Assembly: GCF_006345805.1 (NCBI RefSeq)
Contig: NC_043003.1
Location: forward strand, 58,838,001 to 58,902,000
Direction: 5' to 3'
Length of the DNA: 64,000 nt
Source of the DNA: Octopus sinensis
Taxonomy: Eukaryota
In this document: in pieces, positions 42,594-54,152 of the stretch
Numbering within the stretch: the first letter of the stretch is position 1
How the letters are laid out: every line of letters starts with the position of its first letter
Notes under the pieces: model-generated
Seen by the model: the letters and a program-made list of their open reading frames with translations, nothing else
Databases searched by the model: none
What the model was told of the DNA's origin: nothing
Translations under genes and position numbers: made by a program

Positions 42594-42631
42594 TCTTTTA
42601 CGTTTCGAGCCTACGCTCTTCAACAGAAAGA
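42594..42631 (-). ncRNA. Minimal type I hammerhead motif (same family as 29370)
   Basis: UCUUU CUGUUGA A GAGC GUAG GCUC GAAA CG UA^AAAGA; one core substitution (CUGUUGA). Confidence 0.65.
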
Positions 42632-42762
42632 TACACAGAAATGAAACACGGATAGAAACAAGGAGAGAAAAAAAAAATGCGTGCAGAAGCTAGCGAATCA
42701 ACATGGCGATATATATATATAGGTGAGAAAGTTGGTGTGTGAAAGCACGTGGTTGGATATAT

Positions 42763-42977
42763 AGAAAATAGAAAAGAGTGAAAAAACTACAGAAGGCTTG
42801 TTTTATAAGGTTAAAGAACATATTTAAGAATATATATTAAGTTATGTTAGAAGAATGATATAAAAATTTTCATACAGTAACATGAAAAATTTTATAACAT
42901 TCTTCTAACATAACGACTTAAATATATTCTTTAACCTTATAAAACAAGTCTTCTGTAGTTTTTTCACTCTTTTCTAT

Positions 42978-42984
<7 letters not shown>
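42763..42984. repeat. Fold-back inverted repeat, ~105-bp arms, 8-nt loop (42875-42882)
   Basis: AGAAAATAGAAAAGAGTGAAAAAACTACAGAAG versus CTTCTGTAGTTTTTTCACTCTTTTCTATTTTCT. Confidence 0.92.
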
Positions 42985-43035
<51 letters not shown>

Positions 43036-43321
43036 GGAATACATACACACAGATACATTTATTTATGATTCTTAAACAAGAATGTTATTGATAGTAACTT
43101 TGAAGTTACGACCAGCTAAGCCATCACTTCACGATCACTTCACTGGCCGAATCTCCGCAGTCACTGTCAACAATCAACGACATTCTTGTTTGATGATAAT
43201 AAATTTGGAACTCTACAAAAGTATAACGTAACCCATCAGATTAATGTAAAATTGTTTTTATTTTAACTGAACATAAACAAAACATTAATATATATATTCA
43301 TTCATATATATATATATATAG

Positions 43322-43392
<71 letters not shown>

Positions 43393-43738
43393 GCGCGCGT
43401 GTTTGCATTTACAAGATGTAGCTGAAATTGCAGTGATAAATGCAAGTTGTTGTAATTACACCTCTTACACGATGATGTCATGGCTGTCACTTAAATTGCA
43501 AGTGTCATTGCAGCAGATGTGACTTCAATTGTTCTCAATGTCACAGTCAATATTTGTAGTGGTTACAGTAATTACATTGGTGGCACAAAGGTGTTTTTAT
43601 GACAAAGCTGCTAACGTTAAGGTAGTTGCGCGACAAAACAATGATACATTTTCATTCATTTTCATGAAAAGAGGCTCTATCTTTTTGCAGGAATGAGGAA
43701 TGCTCGTTGAGATGAGTGCGATAGCATATGGCCATATA

Positions 43739-43972
43739 AGGCGGCGAGTTGGCAGAAACCTTAGCACGCCGGGCGAAATGCGTAGCCGTATTTCGTCTGC
43801 CGTTACGTTCTGAGTTCAAATTCGGTCGAGGTCGACTTTGCCTTTCATCCTTTCGGGGTCGATTAAAATAGTCCCATTTACGCACAGGGGTCGATATAAT
43901 CGAATTAATCCGTTTGTCTGTCCTTGTTTGTCCTCTCTGTGTTTAGCCCCTTGTGGGTAGTAAAGAAATAGG
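43739..43972 (+). mobile_element. Family 3 SINE monomer with 17-bp TSD
   Basis: TAGCATATGG(C/A)CATATA at 43722-43738 and 43973-43989. Confidence 0.92.
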
Positions 43973-44145
43973 TAGCATATGGACATATATTGTGTTACTA
44001 AATATAACAGGTCCATAAGATGAAGACTTCAGTAAATTCCCCTGTCAACAATGTATTAACATTATTTATGATACATCGGTGCTATATATATATATATATT
44101 AAAATTACTAAGTCTCTCTAAAGGAGATTACGGCAGCGTTACTGG

Positions 44146-44253
44146 ATATTAATAGTTATCGGCATACTAATATGGCAGTCTATAAATATAAGACTAAAGC
44201 TTTAGTCTTTATATTATAGACTGCCATATTAGTATGGCGATAACTATTAATAT
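44146..44253. repeat. Loop-less palindrome, 54-bp arms
   Basis: Centre GACTAAAG|CTTTAGTC at 44199/44200. Confidence 0.92.
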
Positions 44254-44304
44254 TATATATATATATATATATTATACATATATATATTATATATATATAT
44301 ATAT

Positions 44305-44566
44305 ATACATGTATATAAATTAGAGAAGAACCACCATGAAGATTTAAACAATGATATACTTAGATCATACCATATAGAAAAAAAATTTAAGATACAATAA
44401 AACATTTACCTAAAACTAAATAAAGTACTAAATAGTAAATAAATAGTATATTAGTACTTTATTTAGTTTTAGGTAAATGTTTTATCGTATCTTCAATTTT
44501 TTTCTATATGGTATATCATTGTTGAATTGATACATGGTGGTTCTTCTCTAATTTATATACGTGTAT
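44305..44566. repeat. Fold-back inverted repeat, ~120-bp arms, 19-nt loop
   Basis: TATATAAATTAGAGAAGAACCACCATG versus CATGGTGGTTCTTCTCTAATTTATATA; 12-nt indel in the left arm. Confidence 0.9.
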
Positions 44567-44914
44567 TGCATATTGTGAAATTTGATTTAGTATTACTAAA
44601 TTGAATTTTCCCTGTAAGTTTGGAACCATATTCCCTAACATTATTATTATATATATATATATATATGTATATACATGCATACATACATACATACATACAT
44701 ACATACATACATACATTACATACATACATATATATATATATTATATATATATATATATATTATATATACGGTTAAGTAATTGAGATTCTAGTGAATTCTA
44801 AAGAATCACATGAATATGGTCCTTAACTAGGATGCACCGGAATCTATATGGTGTTAACCATACGACAAGTGGGGTGATTACAAATAGGAAAAAAGCAACA
44901 AGAATGGGTTAAAA

Positions 44915-45001
44915 TCTCGGTACGATCGTTTCGTACGAGGACATCTTTAATAAGCTACAAAAATGCAGTGAATACAGATGGCTCGTACTCGTCAGCCGAA
45001 A
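44915..45001 (-). ncRNA. Type I hammerhead ribozyme (left arm)
   Basis: Reverse complement of the 45538-45625 motif; all core nucleotides intact. Confidence 0.85.
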
Positions 45002-45537
45002 AAACATCAGAGAATTCCCAAACATCAAAAGGGGTAGATACAAAAGAGGTTGTAAGATTAGCTGCATTGAAGAAAGTTCGATTCATGGAGATCCGATGAA
45101 AGGTTTTAAACCTACAGAATTTATGCATGTCTACATATAGCTCATATTGAATATTTGATCAGTTGTGTGAAGAAATTTTCGGATACAGTCATGCAAAATT
45201 TCTGAAAATCCGAGTAAGAGGCAAAGTGACTGCCATATCATGTAGAGGAAAGTCTGAGTAAAAGCAAAGTGACTGTCATATCGTGTAGAGGAACAGATTG
45301 TTATTGAAATTTACAAGAATCGCAGATAAGTTCGATTTTTTGGAGATCCGATGAAAAAGTCTTGAACTTACAAAATATGTGTATGTCCTTATAGTTCATA
45401 ATCCAGTTTTGTGAAGAGATTTAGGGTACAATCATGCAAAAAATATCAGGGAATCCGAATGAGAAGCAAAATGACAGCTAATCTTACAACCTCTTTTGTA
45501 TCTACCCCTTTTGATGTTTGGGAATTCTCTGATGTTT

Positions 45538-45625
45538 TTTCGGCTGACGAGTACGAGCCATCTGTATTCACTGCATTTTTTGTAGCTTATTAAAGATGTC
45601 CTCGTACGAAACGATCGTACCGAGA
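45538..45625 (+). ncRNA. Type I hammerhead ribozyme (right arm)
   Basis: UUUCGG CUGACGA GUACGAG..CUCGUAC GAAA CGAUCG UA^CCGAGA; predicted cleavage after 45619. Confidence 0.88.
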
Positions 45626-45690
45626 TTTTAACCCATTCTTGTTGCTTTTTTCCTATTATATATATATATATATATATAATAATATATATA

Positions 45691-45754
<64 letters not shown>

Positions 45755-46012
45755 TATATTATATATATAGATCAGGATTCATGTGAATCAGGAACCAGTA
45801 GGTCAAAGCATAAAATAGATGAATACATACGGAGGTACCGGAGTGCAGACAAAAGATATTCATTTATGTACACGATTAACTGTACCCGACTGAGTATACC
45901 AATAATCCTGAGGTTAATCAAAAACGCACATTATACTAAATATACGGTCCATAATATGCTGGTTCCGAGAGAGGTGAATAATGAATATACAAATAACAAA
46001 AGATGAATAACG

Positions 46013-46212
46013 TATCAATTCACTACAGCTGTTTCCAACGAATTTTTAATTGATTAATGGAGACATTACGTCTTAAGAAAAAATCATTTTCAGCAGGTGA
46101 ATACATGAACTACAACATTATATAATCAACGCATAAAACGAATTTTACTAATGATGTAATATCCCCATTAATCATTTAAAAATTCGGTGGAAACAGCTGT
46201 AGGGAATTGACA
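46013..46212. repeat. Inverted repeat, ~62-bp arms, each with a decayed hammerhead-like core
   Basis: TCAATTCACTACAGCTGTTTCCAACGAATTTTTAA versus TTAAAAATTCGGTGGAAACAGCTGTAGGGAATTGA. Confidence 0.8.
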
Positions 46213-46237
46213 CATGAACTATCTATCGGAGCATCCA

Positions 46238-48085
46238 TTTCGATAGGGTAGACCATCGATACTTAGAGGCAATCCTGAGGGCGGCTGGTTTCGATCCCGT
46301 CTTCCGCGGCTGGATAGCTGCTTTGTACAGAGGTATCCGTTCGGTAATTCGCGTAAATGGACATCTATCGAGACCCTTCGACATTGCACGTTCGGTCCGT
46401 CAGAGATGCCCCCTCTCGTCGCTTCTATACATATTGACTCTCGAGCCACTACTGAGTAAGTTGGCGACTCTGAGGAGCATCCCGCGAGAATTGGGATGCG
46501 GAACGAGCGTGTCTGCATATGCGGACGACGTCGCCGTTATAGTGTCAAGCCACGAGCAACTGGAGCTGGTCGGCGAGACACTGAAATACTACGAAGCGGT
46601 GTCAGGAGCGAAAATCAACCGGGAAAAGTCAGTGGGCTTGCAGCTCGCCACCTGGAGAAGCAAGCCCATGTCGTCCACCAGCACCTCCGTCGTGGGACGC
46701 TGGACGGACGGCCCGGTTGAGTTGCTCGGGGTCTGGTTCGGTCTGGACCTCCAAATGGAGAAGAACTGGAACGAGATAACGAGTAAGGTGGTCACTCTCG
46801 CCCGGCAAGGGGCCGAGAGGAAACTGTCCCTAGAAGGTCGGGCGGAGGTGGCGAACACGTACATCGCGTCCAACATCTACTATCGCCTGACCGTCGTAAC
46901 TTGTCCCGACCCTACCATCACCAAACTAGAACGCATTCTCTTCCGCTTCTTGTGGAAAGGATGCGTCTCGATGGTCAGGCGATCCATTTACTGTCGACAC
47001 CCGTTAAAAGGAGGGCTGGGCATGCCGTGGTTGATGATGCGCAGACACGCGCTGAGACTGCGACATCTCCAGTTCTATGTAGACGACGGTGAACAGGTGT
47101 GATCGCCGTTTGTGAGGCACGCTTTTCCGCAGCTCGTCTCCATGACAGAACTGCAGTCGCGGATCAAAAAGAGGCCGAGGAAGGGCGAATGGCACCGCGA
47201 GTGTCGCGTTGCTCTCAAGCAACTATGCCGTCCCGGGTCGACCTTGAGTGACTTCAACACAACCCAAGCATTCTATAGGGGAGGGGAGGTACGACGACGA
47301 GCTCGGGGCGAACCTGGACGTCGACGAGGAATACTTGACCCGCCTGTTCAGGACGATATTCGGGCCAGGGCCCATGGACAACTTTTAGAGATCCCTGGCC
47401 TGGCAGTACTACCGAGAAGCGCTAGCCGTTCGGGATAAGCTCTACAGACACGGCTCGAGAAACACGGGGCCGACCTGCCCGAGATGCGGTCAGAGCGACG
47501 AAACCGTTCTGCACGCACTCGTACAGTGTCCAACAATTTCCGACCTGTGGGCTTATGTCGAACAACTGCTGTCACGTGTGGGACGAGTCGGTTTATCAGC
47601 CGAGCCTATCGTCAATATTGTCACGCCTCCTTCCTTCAAACGGGAAAGAAGAGCTATTTTCATCATCCTTGTGGCTATGGTGAAAGAATGCATCTGGTGG
47701 ACGCATCTGAAAGGATTGGAGACAAGCACTTTCCTCTCTGGTCAATCTCTCATCAACTTCTTTTAGTATCACTTGAAAAGCAAAGTGAGAGTAGAGAGGC
47801 AAGTTTTGTCTAGCGAATGTTTTAAAAAAAGATGGATGAATGTAGCAAGGATGGCACGTATGAATGACGAAGCCACCTTGAGCATAATCCTATGAACCCG
47901 GAAATTTAAAACAGAGGGTTACCTACTTGCAAACAAATGTGGTAACATGTAACAATATTGACCGAGGTTACCGTGGTCTTTTCCGTAGGCTTTTCTTCCC
48001 ACGGATAAACCTTATCTGCTTCCCCTTTACACCTTACATCATGACACTGTGATACACGATTCCTATTGATCGTTTTTTTTATTTT
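46238..48085 (+). mobile_element. Tx1/L1-clade LINE, 5'-truncated: RT 3' half, C-terminal zinc finger, 3' UTR
   Basis: FDRVDH, VRQRCPLSSLLY, SAYADD (46518), LLGVWFG, CPRCGQSDETVLHALVQC (47476). GC-rich; few stops or frameshifts; T-rich tail. Confidence 0.92.
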
Positions 48086-48242
48086 CCTTTTTTTTCGTGT
48101 TTTCTTTCTTTCTGCTTTCCCTTTTACAATCCCTTTTGATCGAAAACCTACCCCACCTTTATATTTTTTTTTCGCTCCCCCAAAAAGAAAAGCTCTACTT
48201 TGTAATGTCTGTGTGCAGCAATGTGTGGTTAATAAAGAAACA

Positions 48243-48339
<97 letters not shown>

Positions 48340-48882
48340 AGAAAGCGTAAGGGTTTCATTCTATATATTCTACGGCTTTATCTGCCTATCACTTCTTTCT
48401 CTTTCATGGGAGAGTTTGATTCTACTTTCAGTTTTCAGGAAAGGCCATCATATGTTAGACTCTCCACCATTCTTCAGTTGCCTACTCATCTGCTTTGGGG
48501 CCTTTGTTCTTCGCCTCATAACGATTTTACCGTTTCTACTAATTTCACTTTGAGTAATGATGACCCCCTACCACGAGTGCGCGAGCACACACACTCACAC
48601 ACACACACACACAAACACGCACATCAAAAGGATGTAGAAACTTAGAGATTTATGAAATAATTTGTTATTAAGGGTGGGATTCGAAATAGATAAAGCTACA
48701 AAATTATAGCGTGCAAATACTGGGTTAGAAACCCTTTTCTTTAGCCTTCGACTTTTTGTGTGTAAAGGGTTTAATCCAATATTCACAGACTATTATTTTG
48801 AAGCTCTATCTACTTCGAATTCCGCCGTTAAAAAACGAATGTGTATGCGTGCATACATACATACATACATACATACATACTA

Positions 48883-48953
<71 letters not shown>

Positions 48954-49019
48954 AAATCCTTAAATCCTTAAAAATCCTTTAAAATGTTTTAGCCGAAGGC
49001 CGCGGCCGTACTATATATT

Positions 49020-49480
49020 CTTCTTATTCTTTTACTTGATTCAGTGTGATTTGATTGCGACCACGTTTGTGCACCACCTTTAGTCGAGCAAATCGACACC
49101 AGGACTTATTTTTTGTAAGCCTAGTACTTATTCTATCGTTTTTTTTTTTTTGCTGAACCGCTAGGTTACGGAGACGGAAATACACCAACACAGGTTGTCA
49201 AGCGATCTTGGGACAAACGCAGACACACAAACACACACACACACACACCACACACACACACACACACACAAACACACACCCACACACAACACACACACAC
49301 ACACATACAACAATACACACACACACATACACACACACATATATATACGACGGGTTTCTTTCAGTTTCCCTCTACCAAATCAACTCACAAGGACTTGGTC
49401 GACCTGAGGCTACACTAGGAGACACTTGCCCAAGGTGCCATGCAGTGGGACTGAACACGGAACCATGTGGTTGGTGAACA
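49020..49480 (-). mobile_element. Family 1 SINE with expanded (CA)n
   Basis: Reverse-complement tail, body and head. Confidence 0.85.
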
Positions 49481-49748
49481 ACATAGACGTATGCATACAT
49501 AAGCGCATGTGAATACACACACATACTCACACAAGCGCCAAATGTCTATAACGTAATATATATATATGGTTGTATATACATTTATATATATGTTTATATA
49601 TATATGCATGTATGTATATAAACATATATATACATATGCATATAAATATATATATATATGCATATGTATATATATGTTATATACATACATGCATATATAT
49701 TTATATGTATATATGTATACATCTTCATCATCATTCAAACATATGAAT

Positions 49749-49789
<41 letters not shown>

Positions 49790-49824
49790 CATTTATATAC
49801 ATACATACATTCAACACATACATA

Positions 49825-49862
<38 letters not shown>

Positions 49863-50759
49863 TTCATATACATACAGACACACACACGCACACAAACACA
49901 CACACAGTTACGATGGTTCAAAAGAAGCAGCTTTAACATTCTAATTTTATATATAACTTAAATGTTAAAAGGCCTTCTCTATTACGTTATAGACATTTGG
50001 CGCTTGTGTGAGTATGTGTGTGTAGTCACATGCGCTTAGGTATGCATACGTCTATGTTGTAAGTGCGTGAGGAGTCTTAATACAAAGCCAGCGTCATCGC
50101 TGTATACACACACACACACATACACACACACAGATATAATTATATATATATATATATATATAGAATATATATAGATATATATAGATAGATAATAGATAGA
50201 TATTTGATGTGATGAAGTAGATGAAAGTTGAAGTGAGTTTATGAAACTAGCTGGCAGCATTTAATTTTTTAAAGGTTAAACTTGTAATATTCGATCAACT
50301 GAACGTTTATAGTATGATGGTTAAAATTTTGTCATGGCATTTCTCTATGGAATCATGCTTGAAATTACAAATAATGCTTTTACGTTCAAATCCTAACTGG
50401 ACTTTTAAATATAAGCGAATGCCACTAGGAATTACGTTCTCTTCCCTACACCTCACTGCAGCACTCGCCGAATTACATTAGTTGCATTCATTCGCAGGGT
50501 TCCTGCGATATTGCATTATCACATCTCAAATCTCGGCGAGCGATGCGCTGCGATCGATATTGGCTAGTTGCAATCAAGGCTAGTTACAAGCGAGGGAAAA
50601 CGACCGAGGCGAAAATATGCAGTTGTAAATATAATGCAAGTGTAAATCCGATTCATTTTTTCATATCTATTTCTTCCTCATATTTCTTGCTCTCTCTTTT
50701 TTAAGTATTACTGATGGTATTCCCACAAATTTGCTTCTCTAACCTTCGATGTTTTAGGT

Positions 50760-51470
50760 ATGTTGTGCCGATACATATATATGTATGTATGTGTGTATGC
50801 ATGTATGTATGTACGTATGCATGTATGTATGTATATATGTATGCATGTATGTATATATGTATGCATGCATGTATGTATGTATGCATGTATGTATGCTTGT
50901 ATGTATACATATATGTATGTATACATGTATGTATGCATGTATGTATGCATGTATGTATGCATGTATGTATACATCTATGTATGCATGTATGTATGCATGT
51001 ATGTATGCATGTATGTATGCATGCATGTATGCATGTATGTAGGCATGCATGTATGTATGTATGCATGCACGCATGCATATATGTATGCATCTGTGTGTGC
51101 ATGTATGCTTGTATGTATGCATGTAAGTATGTATGCATGCATGTATATATGCATGGATGCATGGATGTATGCATGCATGTATGTATGTATGCATCTATAT
51201 ATAAATGTATGTATGCGTGTATATAACCATTTATGTATGCATGCACGTATATATGTGCGTGTGAATGAATGTATGTATGTATGCATGTATGCATCTATGT
51301 ATGCATGTACGTATGCATGTATGTAGGCATGCATCTATGTATGTATGTATGTATGTATGTCTGCATGCATACATTTATGTATGTATGCATGCATGTCGGT
51401 ATGTATGTATGTATGCGTGTATGTATGTGTGTGTATGTATGTGTGTGTGGTTGAGTGTGCATGTGTGTAT
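50760..51470. repeat. Degenerate (ATGT/ATGC)n tetranucleotide array
   Basis: Read directly; source of the MHAC/YVCM pseudo-ORFs. Confidence 0.95.
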
Positions 51471-51857
51471 GCGCGAGAGTGTCAGTAAGTGAGCGAAAGA
51501 GAGAGATGGGTAGACTTCTCTCACTTTCCGTTTACCAAATCCATTCACAATGCTTTTGACCGCCTACGCTATTGTAGACGTCACTTGCACAAGTTGCCAC
51601 GCAGTAAGACTGAACCTGAAATGTTATGGTCGGCACGCAAACTTCTTATCACACAGCTACGTTTGCACCTATATACATATGTATATATATACACGCACAT
51701 CGGTGCATATACATACATATAGGTGCATATACATGCATATATACAAGGAACCTTGACCGTCAATTGCACAAACCCTCGCTCAAGGCACAAACCCTCGCTA
51801 AGGGTACAAACCCTCACCAAGCTTTTCTCTAGTCTACAGGCACATACTTTTTTGAAG

Positions 51858-52190
51858 GAACGTGACCTAGCGGTAGGTTATTCGGCTCGCGATCGTAAGG
51901 TCGTGAGTTCAATTCTCGGTGGCGCCCTTTGTCCTTGAGCTAGGCACTTTATTTTACGTTGCTCCAGTCCACTTATCTGGTACAAACGAGCAGTTCCTGT
52001 ATTTCGAAGGGCCAGCCCTGTCACATTCTGTGTCATGCTAAATCTCCCTGGGAACAACGTTAAGGTTATGCGTGTTTTTGGAGTACTCCGTCATTTATCC
52101 GTTTTACGAAGAATTTTACGAAGAGGCTGTTCTGTTGATCGGATCAACTGGAACCCGCGTCTTGGTAACCTACGGAGAGCCAGTTAAGCA
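51858..52190 (+). mobile_element. Old tRNA-derived SINE related to families 2 and 4
   Basis: GACCTAGCGGTAGG A box, GAGTTCAATTCTC B box; body shares CTGTGTCATGCT.AATCTCCC with 2645-2665. Confidence 0.65.
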
Positions 52191-52641
52191 CATCCATGAA
52201 GTGGCTCCATTTACCTAATCATAAACGGGTGTTCGTGTATGTGCAAAGACCGAAAAATGAAACAGTTGGTTTAAGAAGAGGGAAATAATTATTTTAAGAA
52301 GATTGACAATAACTTCTTATAAGTTCTTTATAAGGTATATGAATCAATGAAGAAATGGATATTTGTCGTCAACATAGAAGTTGAGGATGCTTGATATAAC
52401 AATGTTTCTGAAGTTGAAAATGAACATTTCCGTTTGTATTGCCTTGTAACCATGTGGTTTCGGGTTCGGTCCTACTCCACGGCACTTTGTATCAGTGTTT
52501 CCTATTATAAACCCGACTAATGTCTTGTGGGTGAATTTGGTAGATGTATACTGTGTGGAAGACCGTCGTATATTTTATATATACATATATGCATATATAC
52601 ATATATGTATATGAGTATATATAATATATATATATGTGTTT

Positions 52642-52696
<55 letters not shown>

Positions 52697-52808
52697 GTGT
52701 GTGTGTGTGTGGTGTGTGTGTGTGTGTGTATATATATATATGTATATATGTATATATAATATGTATATATATACATACATATAATATATATACATGCTCA
52801 TATATATG

Positions 52809-52888
<80 letters not shown>

Positions 52889-52891
<3 letters not shown>

Positions 52892-54152
52892 GACTTTGCA
52901 AAGGCCTTTGATAAAGTCGATCAGGAATGATATGTCACAAACTGCGTGATCTCAACATAGTTGGAAAACTGGGAGAATGGCTTCATGACTTTTTGAAGGA
53001 TAGAAGTCAGGTGGTGTAGTAGCCAATGGGGCCACCTCCATTAACACACAAATAGTGAGCGGGTGTCCGCAGGGCCACTGTTCTGGGACCACTACTGTTC
53101 ATAATGCCCTCTCAGACATGCCTCAGCCACGCAGAGAGCCACGATCACAAGTTATGCAGATGATACAAAAGTTTCACAGGCAATACAGAACCCTGAGGAC
53201 ACTAACACCTGCAATGTGAGCTGGACGAAATATACAAGTGGGCTGAAAAGAATAGCATGCAGTTCAATGCTGAAAGTTTCAAGCTTTATACTATCAGCAT
53301 GCAAAACTGAATGCAATACCCAATGAATACACTGGACCCGGAGGATTGCAATCCCAGAGGCACAATCAGTGCGTGACCTGGGTATTCACATGAGTGATGA
53401 CGCGACCTTCATGTACATGTTGCTAAACTGACAATGAAATGTAGACGGCTGGCTGGATGGATTCTTAGAACCTTTAGAACAAGAGAACAAGAAACCATGA
53501 TGGTCCTCTGGGAGACACTTGTCCTAAGCCACTTTGACTATTGCTCTCAGCTATGGTCACCATCCAGTGTCAAGTTGATCACAGAACTTGAGGCGATCCA
53601 ACGAAGCTACACAAAGAAGATAGCCTCTATGCAGAATGTACGCTACTGGGAAAGACTCAAGAGATTAAAATTATATTCCTGGAGCGTAGGGCGGGAAAGA
53701 TATGCCATAATATACATCTGGAAGATCCTGGAGGGAAGTGTCCTGGACTTTGGCATCGAGAGTTACGCAAATGCCAGAACTGGGCGCCACTGCGTGGTGC
53801 CTAGGACTCCAAACTGCCATCAAGATGTAGGACAAGATTCTGTGATAGCCTGGGCTTCCGAGGCCCACAGCTCTTCAATATCCTCCCGAAGAACCTGAGA
53901 GACCTGCAGTGGGGTGGATACAGATGTCTTTAAAATGAAGCTGGATCTCTTCTGTCAGGTGTCCCAGATGAACCAACTTCACGGCAGGAGGGGCAGATGA
54001 GGCAGCTGCATCGAACTCTCTCATGCACCAAATAGCAGTTGCTCGATAGAAAGCCTCCATGAAGTGAACCAGCAGTAGCAACCACCAAATGGCGGTGCCC
54101 CAGCATGGCCACAGCTCATAAGCTGAAACTAGAATAAATCAATCAATCAATC
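52889..54152 (+). mobile_element. CR1-clade LINE 3' fragment (RT, frameshifted) with (AATC)n tail
   Basis: LDFAKAFDKVD, SGCPQG, VLGPLLF, SYADDTK (53153), HFDYCSQLWSP, YWERLKRLKLYS. Confidence 0.92.

Larger units (their letters stand above)
44883..45656. mobile_element. Inverted-repeat element (~182-bp arms, ~410-bp spacer) carrying two divergent hammerheads
   Basis: Arms 44883-45064 and 45475-45656 are almost identical; set in (TA)n. Confidence 0.9.

Noticed and set aside
48490-48535. 35-bp similarity on the opposite strand to about 60577-60617 (AAAATCGTTATG..GAAGAACAAAGGCC)
   Set aside because: Too short to define an element; probably remnants of an old repeat.
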